The position numbers and the translations under genes are program-made. Positions 39,801 to 45,829 of a stretch of DNA of 64,000 nt are shown here, one piece after another. The notes beneath the pieces were generated by a model. That model was given only the letters and a program-made list of their open reading frames with translations. It was not told where the DNA came from and ran no database searches. This DNA comes from Malacoraja senta (lineage: Eukaryota): positions 62,001 through 126,000 of the forward strand of contig JAXLNO010000539.1 in assembly GCA_038087875.1 (NCBI GenBank), in the 5' to 3' direction. Each line of letters starts with the position of its first letter. The stretch's first letter is position 1.

Positions 39801-42800
39801 CACTAGGAATATTTGCATCAATGTCCATATCTGGGCCCTCCACTTTAGACCCACCCATTCGGAATTTGGGCATTTTAAATTTTGGCATGCTGAATCCTCC
39901 ACCGACTCCTTCAACATCACCCCCTGGCACATCCACATCAACCTTGGGTCCTTTGACCTTGCCCTCCACCTTTCCAGACGGCAAATCCACGTCATAATTT
40001 CCTCCAATTTTTGCACCTCCGAGGTCCACATCAGGCATTCGTATCTTGGGTGCTGAGACATCGAATCCTGGCATTGTGAATGTTGGGCCTTTGAATTTCC
40101 CAGCACCCTCAACATCTACATCTACATCTGGCATTTTAACATCTCCTTCTATCTTATGTCCAGATAGTTTAACATCGGCCTCAGGAAGATTCATGTCAAC
40201 TCCCACATCTGGACCTCCCTTTGAACCACCCATGTGGAATTTGGGCAATTTAAACTTTGGCAAGCTGAACTTTCCACCGATTCCTTCAACATCACCCCCT
40301 GGCACATCCATGTCAACATCAACCTTAGGTGCTTTGATCTCTCCCTCAAACTTTCCAGAAGGCATTTCAACATCATAGTCTCCTTTTAGTTTTGGACTTT
40401 TGAAATTCAAGTCAAGATCTGGTGCCTGAAACTTAGGCATGTGGATGGATGGCATTGAAAACTTGCCCCTGCTTCCATTGATATCTGGTGTCTCAATATC
40501 AACTCTGGGGCCTTTAATGTCGACATTCGGACCCTTAATTTCACCTTCCAGTTTAACATCAGGAATACCAACATCTCCTTCCACTTTTGGACCTTTGACG
40601 CCCAGATTGAAATCAGGCATTCCTAACTTGGGTGCTGAGACATTGAATTTTGGCATATGGAGTTTATGTCCCTTAATTTTACTGCCACCCTCAATGTCTA
40701 GATCTACATCAGGCATTTCAACACCTCCTTGTATCTTAGGTCCTGATAGTTTAACGTCAGCCTCAGGAATATTTGCATCAATGTCCACATCTGGAACTTC
40801 TACTTTAGGTCCACCCATGTGGAATTTAGGCATTTTAAATTTTGGCAAGCTGAACTTTCCACCGATTCCTTCAACATCACCCCCTGGCACATCCATGTCA
40901 ACATCAACCTTAGGTGCTTTGATCTCTCCCTCGAACTTTCCAGAAGGCATTTCAACATCATAGTCTCCTTTTAGATTTGGACTTTTGAAATTCAAATCAA
41001 GATTTGGTGCCTGAAACTTAGGCATGTGGATGGATGGCAATGAAAACTTGTCCCCGGTTCCTTTTACATCTGGTGTCTCAATATCAACTCTGGGGCCTTT
41101 AATGTCAACACTTGGGCCCTTAATGTTACCTTCCAGACTAACATCAGGGACATCAACATCTCCTCCCACCTTTGGACCTTTGAGGTCAAGATCAAAATTA
41201 GGCTTTCCGATCTTTGGTGCTGGGATATTGAATCCTGGCATTCTGAATTTAGAGCCCTTGAATTTACCAGCTCCCTCAACATCTACATCTACATCAGGCA
41301 TGTCGACATCGCCTTCCAGCTTGGGTCCAGATAATTTAATGTCACCACTGGGAATATTCACATCAATGTCCATATCTGGGCCCTCCACTTTAGACCCACC
41401 CATTCGGAATTTGGGCATTTTAAATTTCGGCATGCTGAATCCTCCACCGACTCCTTCCACATCACCCCCTGGCACACCCATATCAATATCTACCTTAGAT
41501 TCTTTGATCTCTCCCTCCATTTTTCCAGAAGGTACATCAACATCATAGGCCCCTTTCGGTTTTGAACCTCTGGAATTCAAATTAATGTCTGGTGCCTCTA
41601 TCTTGGGCAAATGCATCGATGGCAGTGAAAACTTAACTCCTCTTCCCTTTACATCAGGTGTCTCGATATTAACGTTGGGACCTTTAATATCGAGATTTGG
41701 GCCCTTGATATCATGTTTTAATTTGACATCGGGGACCTCGATTTGTCCGATTTTTGTTCCTTTGAGGTCCAGATTAACATCAAGCATTCCTATATTGGGT
41801 GCTGACAGATTGACTTTTGGCATTCTGAATTTAGGGTCCGTGATTTTACCAGCTCCTTCCACATCAACATCTACATCAGGCATTTCAACATTTCTTTCTA
41901 GGTTGGGTCCAGATAGTTTAATGTCACCACTTGGAATATCCGCATCAAAGTCCAAATGTGAACATTCCACTTTAGACCCACTCATTTGGAATTTGGGCAA
42001 TCTAAATTTTGGCACGCTGAAGTTTCCACTGACACCTTCAGCATCACCCCTTGGCACATCCATGTTAACATCAACGTTAGGTGCTTTGATACCTCCCTCC
42101 AACTTTCCAGAAGCCAAGTCCCCTTTCAATGTTGAGCCCTTTATTTTACCAGCTCCCTCAACATCTACATCTGGTATTTTAACATTTCCTAGCTTTGATC
42201 CAGAGAGTTTAACGTCAGCGCCACGAACGTTCCCACCCATGTGGACAACTGGAACTTCCACTTTGGACCCATCCATGTGGAATTTGGGCAGTTTATGTTC
42301 TGGCAGGCCAAACTTTCTACCTCCTGCTCCTGATAAGCTCACATCAACATCTACCTGAGGTCCTTTGAGCTCTTCCTCCACCTTTCCCGAAGGTGCACCA
42401 ATACCATGATACCCTTCCAGTTTTGGGCCTCTGAAATTCAAATCAATTTCAGGAGCCTGAATCTTGGGCAAGTTCATATGTGGCATTGAAAACTGGGCTC
42501 CACTTCCTTTTATATCAGTTTCCTCAATTTGAACTTTCGGGCCTTTAACATCTACTTTTGGGCCCTTAATGTCACCTTTCAGATTTACATCAGGAACTGC
42601 AATATCTCCTTCCACATTTGGACCTTTGAAGTCCAGATTATAATCGGCCATTCCTGTCTTAGGTGCTAAGACATTGAATCCTGGTATACCAAACTTTGCT
42701 CCCGTGATTTTACCGGCTCCCTCAATATTGACATTTGGCATTTGAACTTCTCCTTTTAACGTGGGTCCTGTTAGGTTAGCATCTACCTCGGGAAGATTGG

Positions 42801-44067
42801 TATCAATGTTCACACCTTGACCTTCCAGCTGCAACCCACTAGTTTGGAATTTATGTGTTTTGAATTTTGGCAAATTAAACATTGCACTGCGCCCTTCAAT
42901 TTCAGCCTCTGGCATATCCACATCCACCTTAGGACCTTTGATCGTCACCTCTGTATTTGCAGAAGGCATTTGAATGTCATGTTCTCCTTTCACCTTTGGG
43001 CCCTTGAGACTCAAATCATAGCCTGAAGCCTGTTGCTTGGGAAAACGTATAGATGGCGCTTCAAACTTGAGGCCACTTTGTTTCATAGCAGTTGTCTCAA
43101 TATCAACTTTGGTGCCTTTAATATTCACATTTGGAACTTTAATGTCACGCTCAAAAGTGATCTTTGGGGCGTCAAGATCTTCTGTCACTCTTGTATGTTT
43201 GATTTCCAGATCTGGATCAGAGATACGATATTTTGATTCTGAAACATTGACTCCTGAAATCTTAAATTGTGGTTTTCTGATTTTACCAGAAGCCAGATCT
43301 GTACCATGCATTTCAACATTACCTTCAATCTTGGTTCCAGTTGCTTTAATATCGCCTTCTGGGAATTTGTTTTCAATGTACATTTCAGAAATAGTACATG
43401 CTGGCATCTTGATTGAATGCGTGCTGATTTTTCCATCTGAATCTTCAGTATGAACATTTTGTTTCATTATTGTTGTATCGATGGCAGTCGCTTGCATACC
43501 TGTTGTAACTTTTGGGTCTGAAAAGTCAATACTTGTCTTTGGGAGACTGACATCAACATTTGGCGCAGACCTACCCATGTCTGTATTTGCAAATTTGACA
43601 TCAAGGTTGGACGTTTGCACTGTTCCACCTGCCAAGTTGATCTGCGGCATGTGGAAAGTAGTTTGGCCATGTTCTGTATCAGGTCCAGTTACCTCTACAA
43701 CTTTTGTTTTTACAATGTGCATGGTGTGCGTTGTCCGTTGACCATCTCCCATTTGAAATTTTAAACCTTCAGTGCCCGCGGGATTAACATCCACATCCAT
43801 CTCTGATGATTCCAGCCATGGTCCTGATCCTTCAATACCGACTTGCTCATGCCGTGGAACTTTTATTTTAAATTCTGGACTATGGATGTCTACATCTGTC
43901 ATAACTGTGGGATTAGTCACATGAACTGTGCGTGTAATGACCTTTCTGGTGATACGTACACTGGAAGATTTGTCATCTTGATCGGATGCCTCTGTGCCAT
44001 CTTCTGACTTCAGACGAGGCTTGATTTTCTTTCTGAAAATCCTCTGATACTCTTCATCATCTCCACT
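21811..44067 (-). CDS. AHNAK: AHNAK giant terminal coding exon (7,418 codons plus stop)
   Basis: Acceptor ttttttatttcctctag|AGT GGA GAT GAT GAA GAG TAT CAG AGG = SGDDEEYQRIFRKKIKPRLKSEDG, matching the start of the human AHNAK large exon. Contains SPEFKIKVPRHE, KGPK/MPKFKMPK repeats and C-terminal KKGKIKMPKFNFS, RHRSSSLSDE, KLKFGTFGG, SLASKKSR. In frame with ORF 21811-43920 and extends it by 49 codons. Confidence 0.97.
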   Translation of the reverse strand, partial: SGDDEEYQRIFRKKIKPRLKSEDGTEASDQDDKSSSVRITRKVITRTVHVTNPTVMTDVDIHSPEFKIKVPRHEQVGIEGSGPWLESSEMDVDVNPAGTEGLKFQMGDGQRTTHTMHIVKTKVVEVTGPDTEHGQTTFHMPQINLAGGTVQTSNLDVKFANTDMGRSAPNVDVSLPKTSIDFSDPKVTTGMQATAIDTTIMKQNVHTEDSDGKISTHSIKMPACTISEMYIENKFPEGDIKATGTKIEGNVEMHGTDLASGKIRKPQFKISGVNVSESKYRISDPDLEIKHTRVTEDLDAPKITFERDIKVPNVNIKGTKVDIETTAMKQSGLKFEAPSIRFPKQQASGYDLSLKGPKVKGEHDIQMPSANTEVTIKGPKVDVDMPEAEIEGRSAMFNLPKFKTHKFQTSGLQLEGQGVNIDTNLPEVDANLTGPTLKGEVQMPNVNIEGAGKITGAKFGIPGFNVLAPKTGMADYNLDFKGPNVEGDIAVPDVNLKGDIKGPKVDVKGPKVQIEETDIKGSGAQFSMPHMNLPKIQAPEIDLNFRGPKLEGYHGIGAPSGKVEEELKGPQVDVDVSLSGAGGRKFGLPEHKLPKFHMDGSKVEVPVVHMGGNVRGADVKLSGSKLGNVKIPDVDVEGAGKIKGSTLKGDLASGKLEGGIKAPNVDVNMDVPRGDAEGVSGNFSVPKFRLPKFQMSGSKVECSHLDFDADIPSGDIKLSGPNLERNVEMPDVDVDVEGAGKITDPKFRMPKVNLSAPNIGMLDVNLDLKGTKIGQIEVPDVKLKHDIKGPNLDIKGPNVNIETPDVKGRGVKFSLPSMHLPKIEAPDINLNSRGSKPKGAYDVDVPSGKMEGEIKESKVDIDMGVPGGDVEGVGGGFSMPKFKMPKFRMGGSKVEGPDMDIDVNIPSGDIKLSGPKLEGDVDMPDVDVDVEGAGKFKGSKFRMPGFNIPAPKIGKPNFDLDLKGPKVGGDVDVPDVSLEGNIKGPSVDIKGPRVDIETPDVKGTGDKFSLPSIHMPKFQAPNLDLNFKSPNLKGDYDVEMPSGKFEGEIKAPKVDVDMDVPGGDVEGIGGKFSLPKFKMPKFHMGGPKVEVPDVDIDANIPEADVKLSGPKIQGGVEMPDVDLDIEGGSKIKGHKLHMPKFNVSAPKLGMPDFNLGVKGPKVEGDVGIPDVKLEGEIKGPNVDIKGPRVDIETPDINGSRGKFSMPSIHMPKFQAPDLDLNFKSPKLKGDYDVEMPSGKFEGEIKAPKVDVDMDVPGGDVEGIGGKFSLPKFKLPKFHMGGSKGGPDVGVDMNLPEADVKLSGHKIEGDVKMPDVDVDVEGAGKFKGPTFTMPGFDVSAPKIRMPDVDLGGAKIGGNYDVDLPSGKVEGKVKGPKVDVDVPGGDVEGVGGGFSMPKFKMPKFRMGGSKVEGPDMDIDANIPSGDIKLSGPKLVGDVEMPDVDVDVEGAGKIKGSKFRMPGFNITAPKIGKPNFDLELKGPKVGGDVDVPDANLEGDIKGPNVNIKGPRVDIETPDINGSRGKFSMPSIHMPKFQAPDLDLNFKSPKLKGDYDVEMPSGKFEGEIKAPKVDVDMDVPGGDVEGIGGKFSLPKFKLPKFHMGGSKGGSDVGVDMNLPEADVKLSGPKIEGDVKMPDVDVDGSGKFKGPTFTMPGFDVSAPKIRMPDVDLGGPKIRGNYDVDLPSGKVEGKVKGPKVDLDVPGGDVEGVGGGFSMPKFKMPKFRMGGSKVEGPDMDIDANIPSGDIKLSGPKLVGDVEMPDVDVDVEGAGKMKGSKFRMPGFNISAPKVGKPNFDLELKGPKVGGDVDVPDVNLEGNIKGPSVDIKGPRVDIETPDINGSRGKFSMPTIHMPKFQTPDIDLNFKSPKLKGDYDVEMPSGKFEGEIKAPKVDVDMDVPGGDVEGIGGKFSMPKFKLPKFHMGGPKVEVPDVDIDANIPEADVKLSGPKIQGGVEMPDVDLDIEGGSKIKGHKLHMPKFNVSAPKLGMPDFNLGVKGPKVEGDVGIPDVNLEGDIKGPNVDIKGPRVDIETPDINGSRGKFSMPTIHMPKFQAPDLDLNFKSPKLKGDYDVEMPSGKFEGEIKAPKVDVDMDVPGGDVEGIGGKFSLPKFKLPKFHMGGSKGGPDVGVDMNLPEADVKLSGPKIEGDVKMPDVDVDGSGKFKGPTFTMPGFDVSAPKIRMPDVDLGGPKIRGNYDVDLPSGKVEGKVKGPKVDLDVPGGDVEGVGGGFSMPKFKMPKFRMGGSKVEGPDMDIDANIPSGDIKLSGPKLVGNVEMPDVDVDVEGAGKMKGSKFRMPGFNISAPKVGKPNFDLELKGPKVGGDVDVPDVNLEGNIKGPSVDIKGPRVDIETPDINGSRGKFSMPTIHMPKFQTPDIDLNFKSPKLKGDYDVEMPSGKFEGEIKAPKVDVDMDVPGGDVEGIGGKFSMPKFKLPKFHMGGPKVEVPDVDIDANIPEADVKLSGPKIQGGVEMPDVDLDIEGGSKIKGHKLHMPKFNVSAPKLGMPDFNLGVKGPKVEGDVGIPDVNLEGDIKGPNVDIKDPRVDIETPDINGSRGKFSMPTIHMPKFQAPDLDLNFKSPKLKGDYDVEMPSGKFEGEIKAPKVDVDMDVPGGDVEGIGGKFSLPKFKLPKFHMGGSKGGPDVGVDMNLPEADVKLSGPKIEGDVKMPDVDVDGSGKFKGPTFTMPGFDVSAPKIRMPDVDLGGPKIRGNYDVDLPSGKVEGKVKGPKVDLDVPGGDVEGVGGGFSMPKFKMPKFRMGGSKVEGPDMDIDANIPSGDIKLSGPKLVGNVEMPDVDVDVEGAGKMKGSKFRMPGFNISAPKVGKPNFDLELKGPKVGGDVDVPDVNLEGNIKGPSVDIKGPRVDIETPDINGSRGKFSMPTIHMPKFQTPDIDLNFKSPKLKGDYDVEMPSGKFEGEIKAPKVDVDMDVPGGDVEGIGGKFSMPKFKLPKFHMGGPKVEVPDVDIDANIPEADVKLSGPKIQGGVEMPDVDLDIEGGSKIKGHKLHMPKFNVSAPKLGMPDFNLGVKGPKVEGDVGIPDVNLEGDIKGPNVDIKGPRVDIETPDINGSRGKFSMPTIHMPKFQAPDLDLNFKSPKLKGDYDVEMPSGKFEGEIKAPKVDVDMDVPGGDVEGIGGKFSLPKFKLPKFHMGGSKGGPDVGVDMNLPEADVKLSGPKIEGDVKMPDVDVDVEGAGKFKGPTFTMPGFNVSAPKIRMPDVDLGGAKIGGNYDVDLPSGKVEGKVKGPKVDVDVPGGDVEGVGGGFSMPKFKMPKFRMGGSKVEGPDMDIDANIPSGDIKLSGPKLVGDVEMPDVDVDVEGAGKIKGSKFRMPGFNITAPKIGKPNFDLELKGPKVGGDVDVPDANLEGDIKGPNVNIKGPRVDIETPDINGSRGKFSMPSIHMPKFQAPDLDLNFKSPKLKGDYDVEMPSGKFEGEIKAPKVDVDMDVPGGDVEGIGGKFSLPKFKLPKFHMGGSKGGPDVGVDMNLPEADVKLSGPKIEGDVKMPDVDVDGSGKFKGPTFTMPGFDVSAPKIRMPDVDLGGPKIRGNYDVDLPSGKVEGKVKGPKVDLDVPGGDVEGVGGGFSMPKFKMPKFRMGGSKVEGPDMDIDANIPSGDIKLSGPKLVGNVEMPDVDVDVEGAGKMKGSKFRMPGFNISAPKVGKPNFDLELKGPKVGGDVDVPDVNLEGNIKGPSVDIKGPRVDIETPDINGSRGKFSMPTIHMPKFQTPDIDLNFKSPKLKGDYDVEMPSGKFEGEIKAPKVDVDMDVPGGDVEGIGGKFSMPKFKLPKFHMGGPKVEVPDVDIDANIPEADVKLSGPKIQGGVEMPDVDLDIEGGSKIKGHKLHMPKFNVSAPKLGMPDFNLGVKGPKVEGDVGIPDVNLEGDIKGPNVDIKGPRVDIETPDINGSRGKFSMPTIHMPKFQAPDLDLNFKSPKLKGDYDVEMPSGKFEGEIKAPKVDVDMDVPGGDVEGIGGKFSLPKFKLPKFHMGGSKGGPDVGVDMNLPEADVKLSGPKIEGDVKMPDVDVDGSGKFKGPTFTMPGFDVSAPKIQMPDFNVDLGGPKIGGNYDIDVPSGKVEGKVKGPKVDVDVPGGDVEGVGGGFSMPKFKMPKFRMGGSKVEGPDMDIDANIPSGDIKLSGPKLEGDLEMPDVDVDVEGAGKIKGPQFRMPGFNISAPKFGKPDFNLEFKGPKVGGDVDVPDVSLEGDFKGPNVDIKAPKVNIEAPDMKGSGGKISLPSIHLPKIQAPELDFRGPKVKGDYDVEVPSANIEGGIKAPQIGGDVSGVDAEGGSGKFNFPKFKMPKFRIGGSKEGGADVNLGANVPGADVKVSGPKMEAKSPDVDFSLKGPKVKGDYDINVPSGKVQGEIKGPKLDVNMPGADVEGGTGKFNFPKFKMPRFHVGGPKVKSRDIEIEGPKIDIEAPDIKGSGGKLSMPSKHLPKIHAPDVDLSFKSPKLKGDYDINMPSGTIEGEMKAPKVDIDMDVPGTDVEGASGKFGFPKFKMPKFHMGGPKIEAPDVDINAKLPQADVSLSGPKIEGDVKMPAVDVGVEGAGKIKGPNFRMPGFNISAPKIGKTNFDLELKGPKVGGDVNVPDVSLEGDIKGTNVDIKGPKVDIEAPGVKGSGFNMSMPSIHLPKFQTPDIDLNFKSPKLKGDYDVEMPSGKFEGEIKAPNVDVDMDVPGGDVEGIGGRFSLPKFKMPKFHMGGPKVEVPDVDIDANIPEADVKLSGPKIQGGVEMPDVDLDIEGGGKIKGPKLHMPKFNISTPKIGMPDFNLGVKGPKVEGDVGIPDVNLEGDIKGPNVDIKGPRVDIETPDVKGGGKFSMPSMHLPKLHAPDIDFNFRGPKVKGDHDIDVPTGKIEGDIKGPKVDVDMPGIDAEGIGGKFSMPKFKMPKFQMGGPKVEVPDVDIDANIPEADVKLSGPKIQGGVEMPDVDLDIEGGGKIKGPKLHMPKFNISTPKIGMPDFNLGVKGPKVEGDVGIPDVNLEGDIKGPNVDIKGPRVDIETPDVKGGGKFSMPSIHLPKFHAPDIDLNFKSPKLKGDYDVEMPSGKFEGEIKAPKVDVDMDVPGGDAEGIGGRFSLPKFKMPKFHMGGAKVDVPDVDIDANIPEADVKLSGPKIQGGVEMPDVDLDVEGGGKIKGPKLHMPKFNISTPKIGMPDFNLGVKGRKVEGDVGIPDVNLEGDIKGPNVDIKGPRVDIETPDVKGGGGKFSMPSMHLPKLHAPDIDFNFRGPKVKGDHDIDVPTGKIEGDIKGPKVDVDMPGIDAEGIGGKFSMPKFKMPKFQMGGPKVEVPDVDIDANIPEADVKLSGPKIQGGVEMPDVDLDIEGGGKIKGPKLHMPKFNISTPKIGMPDFNLGVKGPKVEGDVGIPDVNLEGDIKGPNVDIKGPRVDIESPDVKGRGGKFSMPSIHLPKFHAPDIDLNFKSPKLKGDYDVEMPSGKFEGEIKAPKVDVDMDVPGGDAEGIGGRFSLPKFKMPKFHMGGPKVDVPDVDIDANIPEADVKLSGPKIQGGVEMPDVDLDIEGGGKIKGPKLHMPKFNISTPKIGMPDFNLGVKGPKVEGDVGIPDVNLEGDIKGPNVDMKGPRVDIETPDVKGGGGKFSMPSMHLPKLHAPDIDFNFRGPKVKGDHDIDVPTGKIEGDIKGPKVDVDMPGIDAEGIGGKFSMPKFKMPKFQMGGPKVEVPDVDIDANIPEADVKLSGPKMQGGVEMPDVDLDIEGDGKIKGPKLHMPKFNISTPKIGMPDFNLGVKGPKVEGDVGIPDVNLEGDIKGPNVDIKGPRVDIESPDVKGRGGKFSMPSIHLPKFHAPDIDLNFKSPKLKGDYDVEMPSGKFEGEIKAPKVDVDMDVPGGDAEGIGGRFSLPKFKMPKFHMGGSKVEVPDVDIDANIPEADVKLSGPKIQGGVEMPDVDLDIEGGGKIKGPKLHMPKFNISTPKIGMPDFNLGVKGPKVEGDVGIPDVNLEGDIKGPNVDIKGPRVDIETPDVKGGGGGGKFSMPSMHLPKLHAPDIDLNFRGPKVKGDHEIDVPTGKIEGDIKGPKVDVDVPGIDAEGSTGKFSFPKFKFPKFRIGGPKVEGPDVDINAKVPTADIKLSGPKMEGNVEMPDVDVDVGGAGKIKSPKFKMPGFNINAPNIGMPGFKVEGPDADFGTKLPEADIKLAGPKVEGDVKIPDVDVEGSGKFKSPKFKVPGFNFSAPRIGMPDFDLEFKGPKMGGVDVPDVNLEGDIKSPHVDIKGPNVEIEAPNLKGRGGKFSLPKISGPKVAGVEIPDVDLDVEGGSKIKGPKLKMPGFDISAPKIGKPDFNLELKSPKLGGDIDAPDLNMEGDIKGPNFNMKPPKVDLKMPDVKESGPKISLPSVHLPHIKTPDFDLGFKGSKLKGGPDIDISSPNIGGEMKGPKIDVEAPDIDLEGTGGHFHMPKIKMPKFKMGGTKIEGPDVDIDASVPKANVKIDGADVPEINLDADSKIKGPGFQMPGFNISLPKFKGPNVDVSLKGPELKGGAEVPDIKMGGDINGPEFEMKGPKVDIVGSDLKGDGHKFSTPALDIGLKDQDLKGTADIRSPGFGIDVSAPKIDVGGEGGGHLKMPKMKKPKFGFGVKGQGDLSAPSLDVDVTSPDVDVNVDSPDISVKTKGKKGKFKMPKLNIMSKKPKSDLDLSKPDIDIKSPDLSASLGSFDEQLNIKSSKLKKPRFGKVKLSFPDIEFDLASPKVKGELPNAKAEGDLQGPDVNFSSHDMKGPHIDIRAPGINVNTDADLQGPGVKVKGSKLKFPNVNIKTPKMADTNVDINLKGTTLKGDASGNIEGPSIGIKRPEIDFDVDAPNVDIEKPEGKLKMKMKKPNVTVSGPNVNLDTSGGAEGKLKMPKMKLSSFGLNSKAGEIDTNVAVNLPKAEFSGPKLEGDIDMPSTDVNISAPKLNLESPDVRFGGLEGKLKMPELNISGSKDKGSGLNLGINVPKIGGDLKTPGLGLTVEAPDMDINTEGKIKGPQIDMSAPDVSVDLKDPQLKGSINLPDPNIKGIFKGPLMDVKGPGINVDGGDFNIEGGKVKMPQINIPKVDTNIAGLKVKGDNFSGSGISTSDFDINVKGPTLGTKLSGPKMDIKSPKVEIEGPSMKLDGADINIDGLKDKFSSAAPKANIEFSGAKFEGGSLSADVPVKGGIGVSSSKSVFYDPELDVKAPGISADIRTIELDVPLDKMKIPKFKPSQFKIKSPNLEEREIAVGARVPEIASSAQGPGINIKGPQASVNLPEGEMESTGVKVKKGKIKMPKFNFSRSKGKSSSEGLEGDFSASGPKIDLKGSKGSLGFGDIEVERSEISIAGKDPSLDITTSPKGKSGTLDFSLFKGKRSERHRSSSLSDEHELSPSSPKGKLEFGEGAAGAKGKKSKLKFGTFGGFGAKSKGSYEVTLNEGEAEVEGSGISLASKKSRIPSTSSSDSGSRAGLRFPKVELNIKKK
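25960..30235 (-). repeat. Coding tandem array, ~1164-bp (388-aa) unit, about 3.5 copies
   Basis: Equivalent positions at 26747, 27911 and 29075 (spacing 1164); copies differ by a few SNPs and in-frame Gly-run length changes. Confidence 0.9.
31640..41560 (-). repeat. Coding tandem array, 1539-bp (513-aa) unit with two 960-bp variant blocks
   Basis: Equivalent positions at 34862, 36401 and 37940 (spacing 1539); 33902/39479 and 34469/40046 are each spaced 5577. Confidence 0.92.
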
Positions 44068-44694
44068 CTAGAGGAAATAAAAAATCTGTATCACACCCAG
44101 CTCTGTGTCTTTTAATAATTAACAAAATCCTTGCAGGCCAGAAAAGTCCTCCATTCAGCCTGTGCTGAGCAAGCCTATTTCACACAGTATGATTGTAAGA
44201 AAGGAAATTCAAGATGCTGATGGTTTTTAAAGATAGGATCAAGTTGAATTACCATCTTTGGTAAACAGTCTAGATTCACTCTCTCCACCATCCTGTGTCC
44301 TATTGTGTTTGGTGCCCAATTTCAACTGGATCTTCTCCATCTCCCATTCTAAAGGAGCCTTCCATGCTTTGGAGAAGAACCTTTGGGGAAGTCTCTCACA
44401 CAAACTCTCCTTTTACACCCCGTTTCTTGCTACCTCTCTGCGCATGTTAAAATATTCAACGACACCAATATTCAGCCTCTTGCCCAGAGTGGGAGAATCG
44501 AAAACCAGAGGGTATGCGTTTAAGGTGAAGTTCATGGGAATATTTAGGATGATTTTAGTTGCTTAATGCACTTTCTGTTCCGTCTATTATTTTACTCATA
44601 GCTTTTCTTCCCTTCTCCTTTTGAGTAGTGGCTGCATTTTCTTGGTGATCATCTGTTATCTGACACAAGGGACCAATTAATCATGTCTGTCAGC

Positions 44695-44930
44695 TTGGCT
44701 GTACGGAATGTGTATGTTCTCCCCCATGACCTGCGTGGGTTTTCTCTGGGAGCTCTGGTTTCCTCCCATACTCCAGAGACATACAGGTATGTAGGCCAAT
44801 TGGCTTGGTATAATTGTAAACTGTCCCTAGTGTGTGTAGGATAATGTTAGTGTGCGGTAATCGCTGGTTGGCGCTGACTCAGTGGGCCGAACGGCCTGTT
44901 TCCCACTGTGTCTCTAAACCAAACTAAATT
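44695..44930 (+). mobile_element. V-SINE, 5'-truncated
   Basis: V-domain and tail as in the other copies. Confidence 0.8.
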
Positions 44931-45166
44931 CTAGGACAAAACGGAAAATGCTGTAAATACCCAGCAGATTAGTCAACATTTGTGAAGAGAGGTGAGTAGC
45001 ATTTTAGGTCAATCTTTCTCCAAAAATGCTGCCTAACCTGATAAAGTGGTTACATTTTCTGTTTTTATTTTCGATTTCCGGGTGCTGGCAGCTTTTGCCA
45101 TCCAAGCGTGGATGCCATCGTAGCCAAGCCCATTCAAGTTGACGTGCAGTGTTGCGCATTTCAAAT

Positions 45167-45458
45167 AGCAATAGACAATAGACAGTAGGTGCAGGAGTAG
45201 GCCATTCGGCCCTTTGAGCCAGCACCGCCATTCAATATGATCATGGCTGATCATCCCCAATCAGTACCCCGTTCCTGCCTTTTCCCAATATCCCCTGACT
45301 CCGCTATCTTTAAGAGCCCTATCTAGCTCTCTTGAAAGCATCCAGAGAACCTGCCTCCACCGCCCTCTGAGGCAGAGAATTCCACACACTCACAACTCTC
45401 TGTGAGAAAAAGGGTTTCCTCGTCTCCGTTCTAAATGGCTTACCCCTTATTCTTAAAC
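45167..45458 (-). mobile_element. CR1-clade LINE 3' end in the intron before the giant exon
   Basis: LRIRGKPFRTETRKPFFSQRVVSVWNSLPQRAVEAG; (caataga)n tail. Confidence 0.9.
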
Positions 45459-45638
45459 AATATGAACCTTGGCCATTTTTGCCTTCTGCAATGCAAACTG
45501 CTGGGGTTTTGGAATATTTCAGATTCATTGTACTTTGAAGCATTTCTGCAACAGGAAGTTAGCATCAGCCAGTAATTGCAAACCATAAAGCAAAAGTTCC
45601 CATGTACGTGACTTTACTTAATCCTGCTCAACACATAC

Positions 45639-45829
45639 CAATACGGCATCTGGACTCATGGCCCCAAATCGATCTGGGTCCCAGGAGTAACTTCCCCCAG
45701 GAGAAAGCCTTTCTCCTTTCCGATGTAACTTCAGTCCCACTGTGTGTCGATCCACTGTCTGTAGAATTTTCTGTGCTTCGTCATACCCCATTTCATCAAA
45801 GTAAATAGTTGCACTTACGATTTGGTCAC
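45639..45829 (-). CDS. AHNAK: AHNAK second coding exon (PDZ C-half), 191 nt, phase 1 to 0
   Basis: cctatgcctag|GT GAC CAA...GTA TTG|gtatgt encodes (G)DQIVSATIYFDEMGYDEAQKILQTVDRHTVGLKLHRKGERLSPGGSYSWDPDRFGAMSPDAVL, homologous to human GDQIVGATIYFD...HTVGLKLHRKGDR. Not in the ORF track. Confidence 0.95.

Noticed and set aside
22139..43741. Many long plus-strand ORFs (up to 524 aa) and short alternative-frame minus ORFs over the giant exon
   Set aside because: Antisense and off-frame shadows of the biased, repetitive AHNAK codons; they repeat with the array periods and have no independent signals.
43918..43920. ORF-track start for the 7369-aa ORF
   Set aside because: An internal GTG codon; the frame stays open to the acceptor at 44067 and the true ATG is at 47048.
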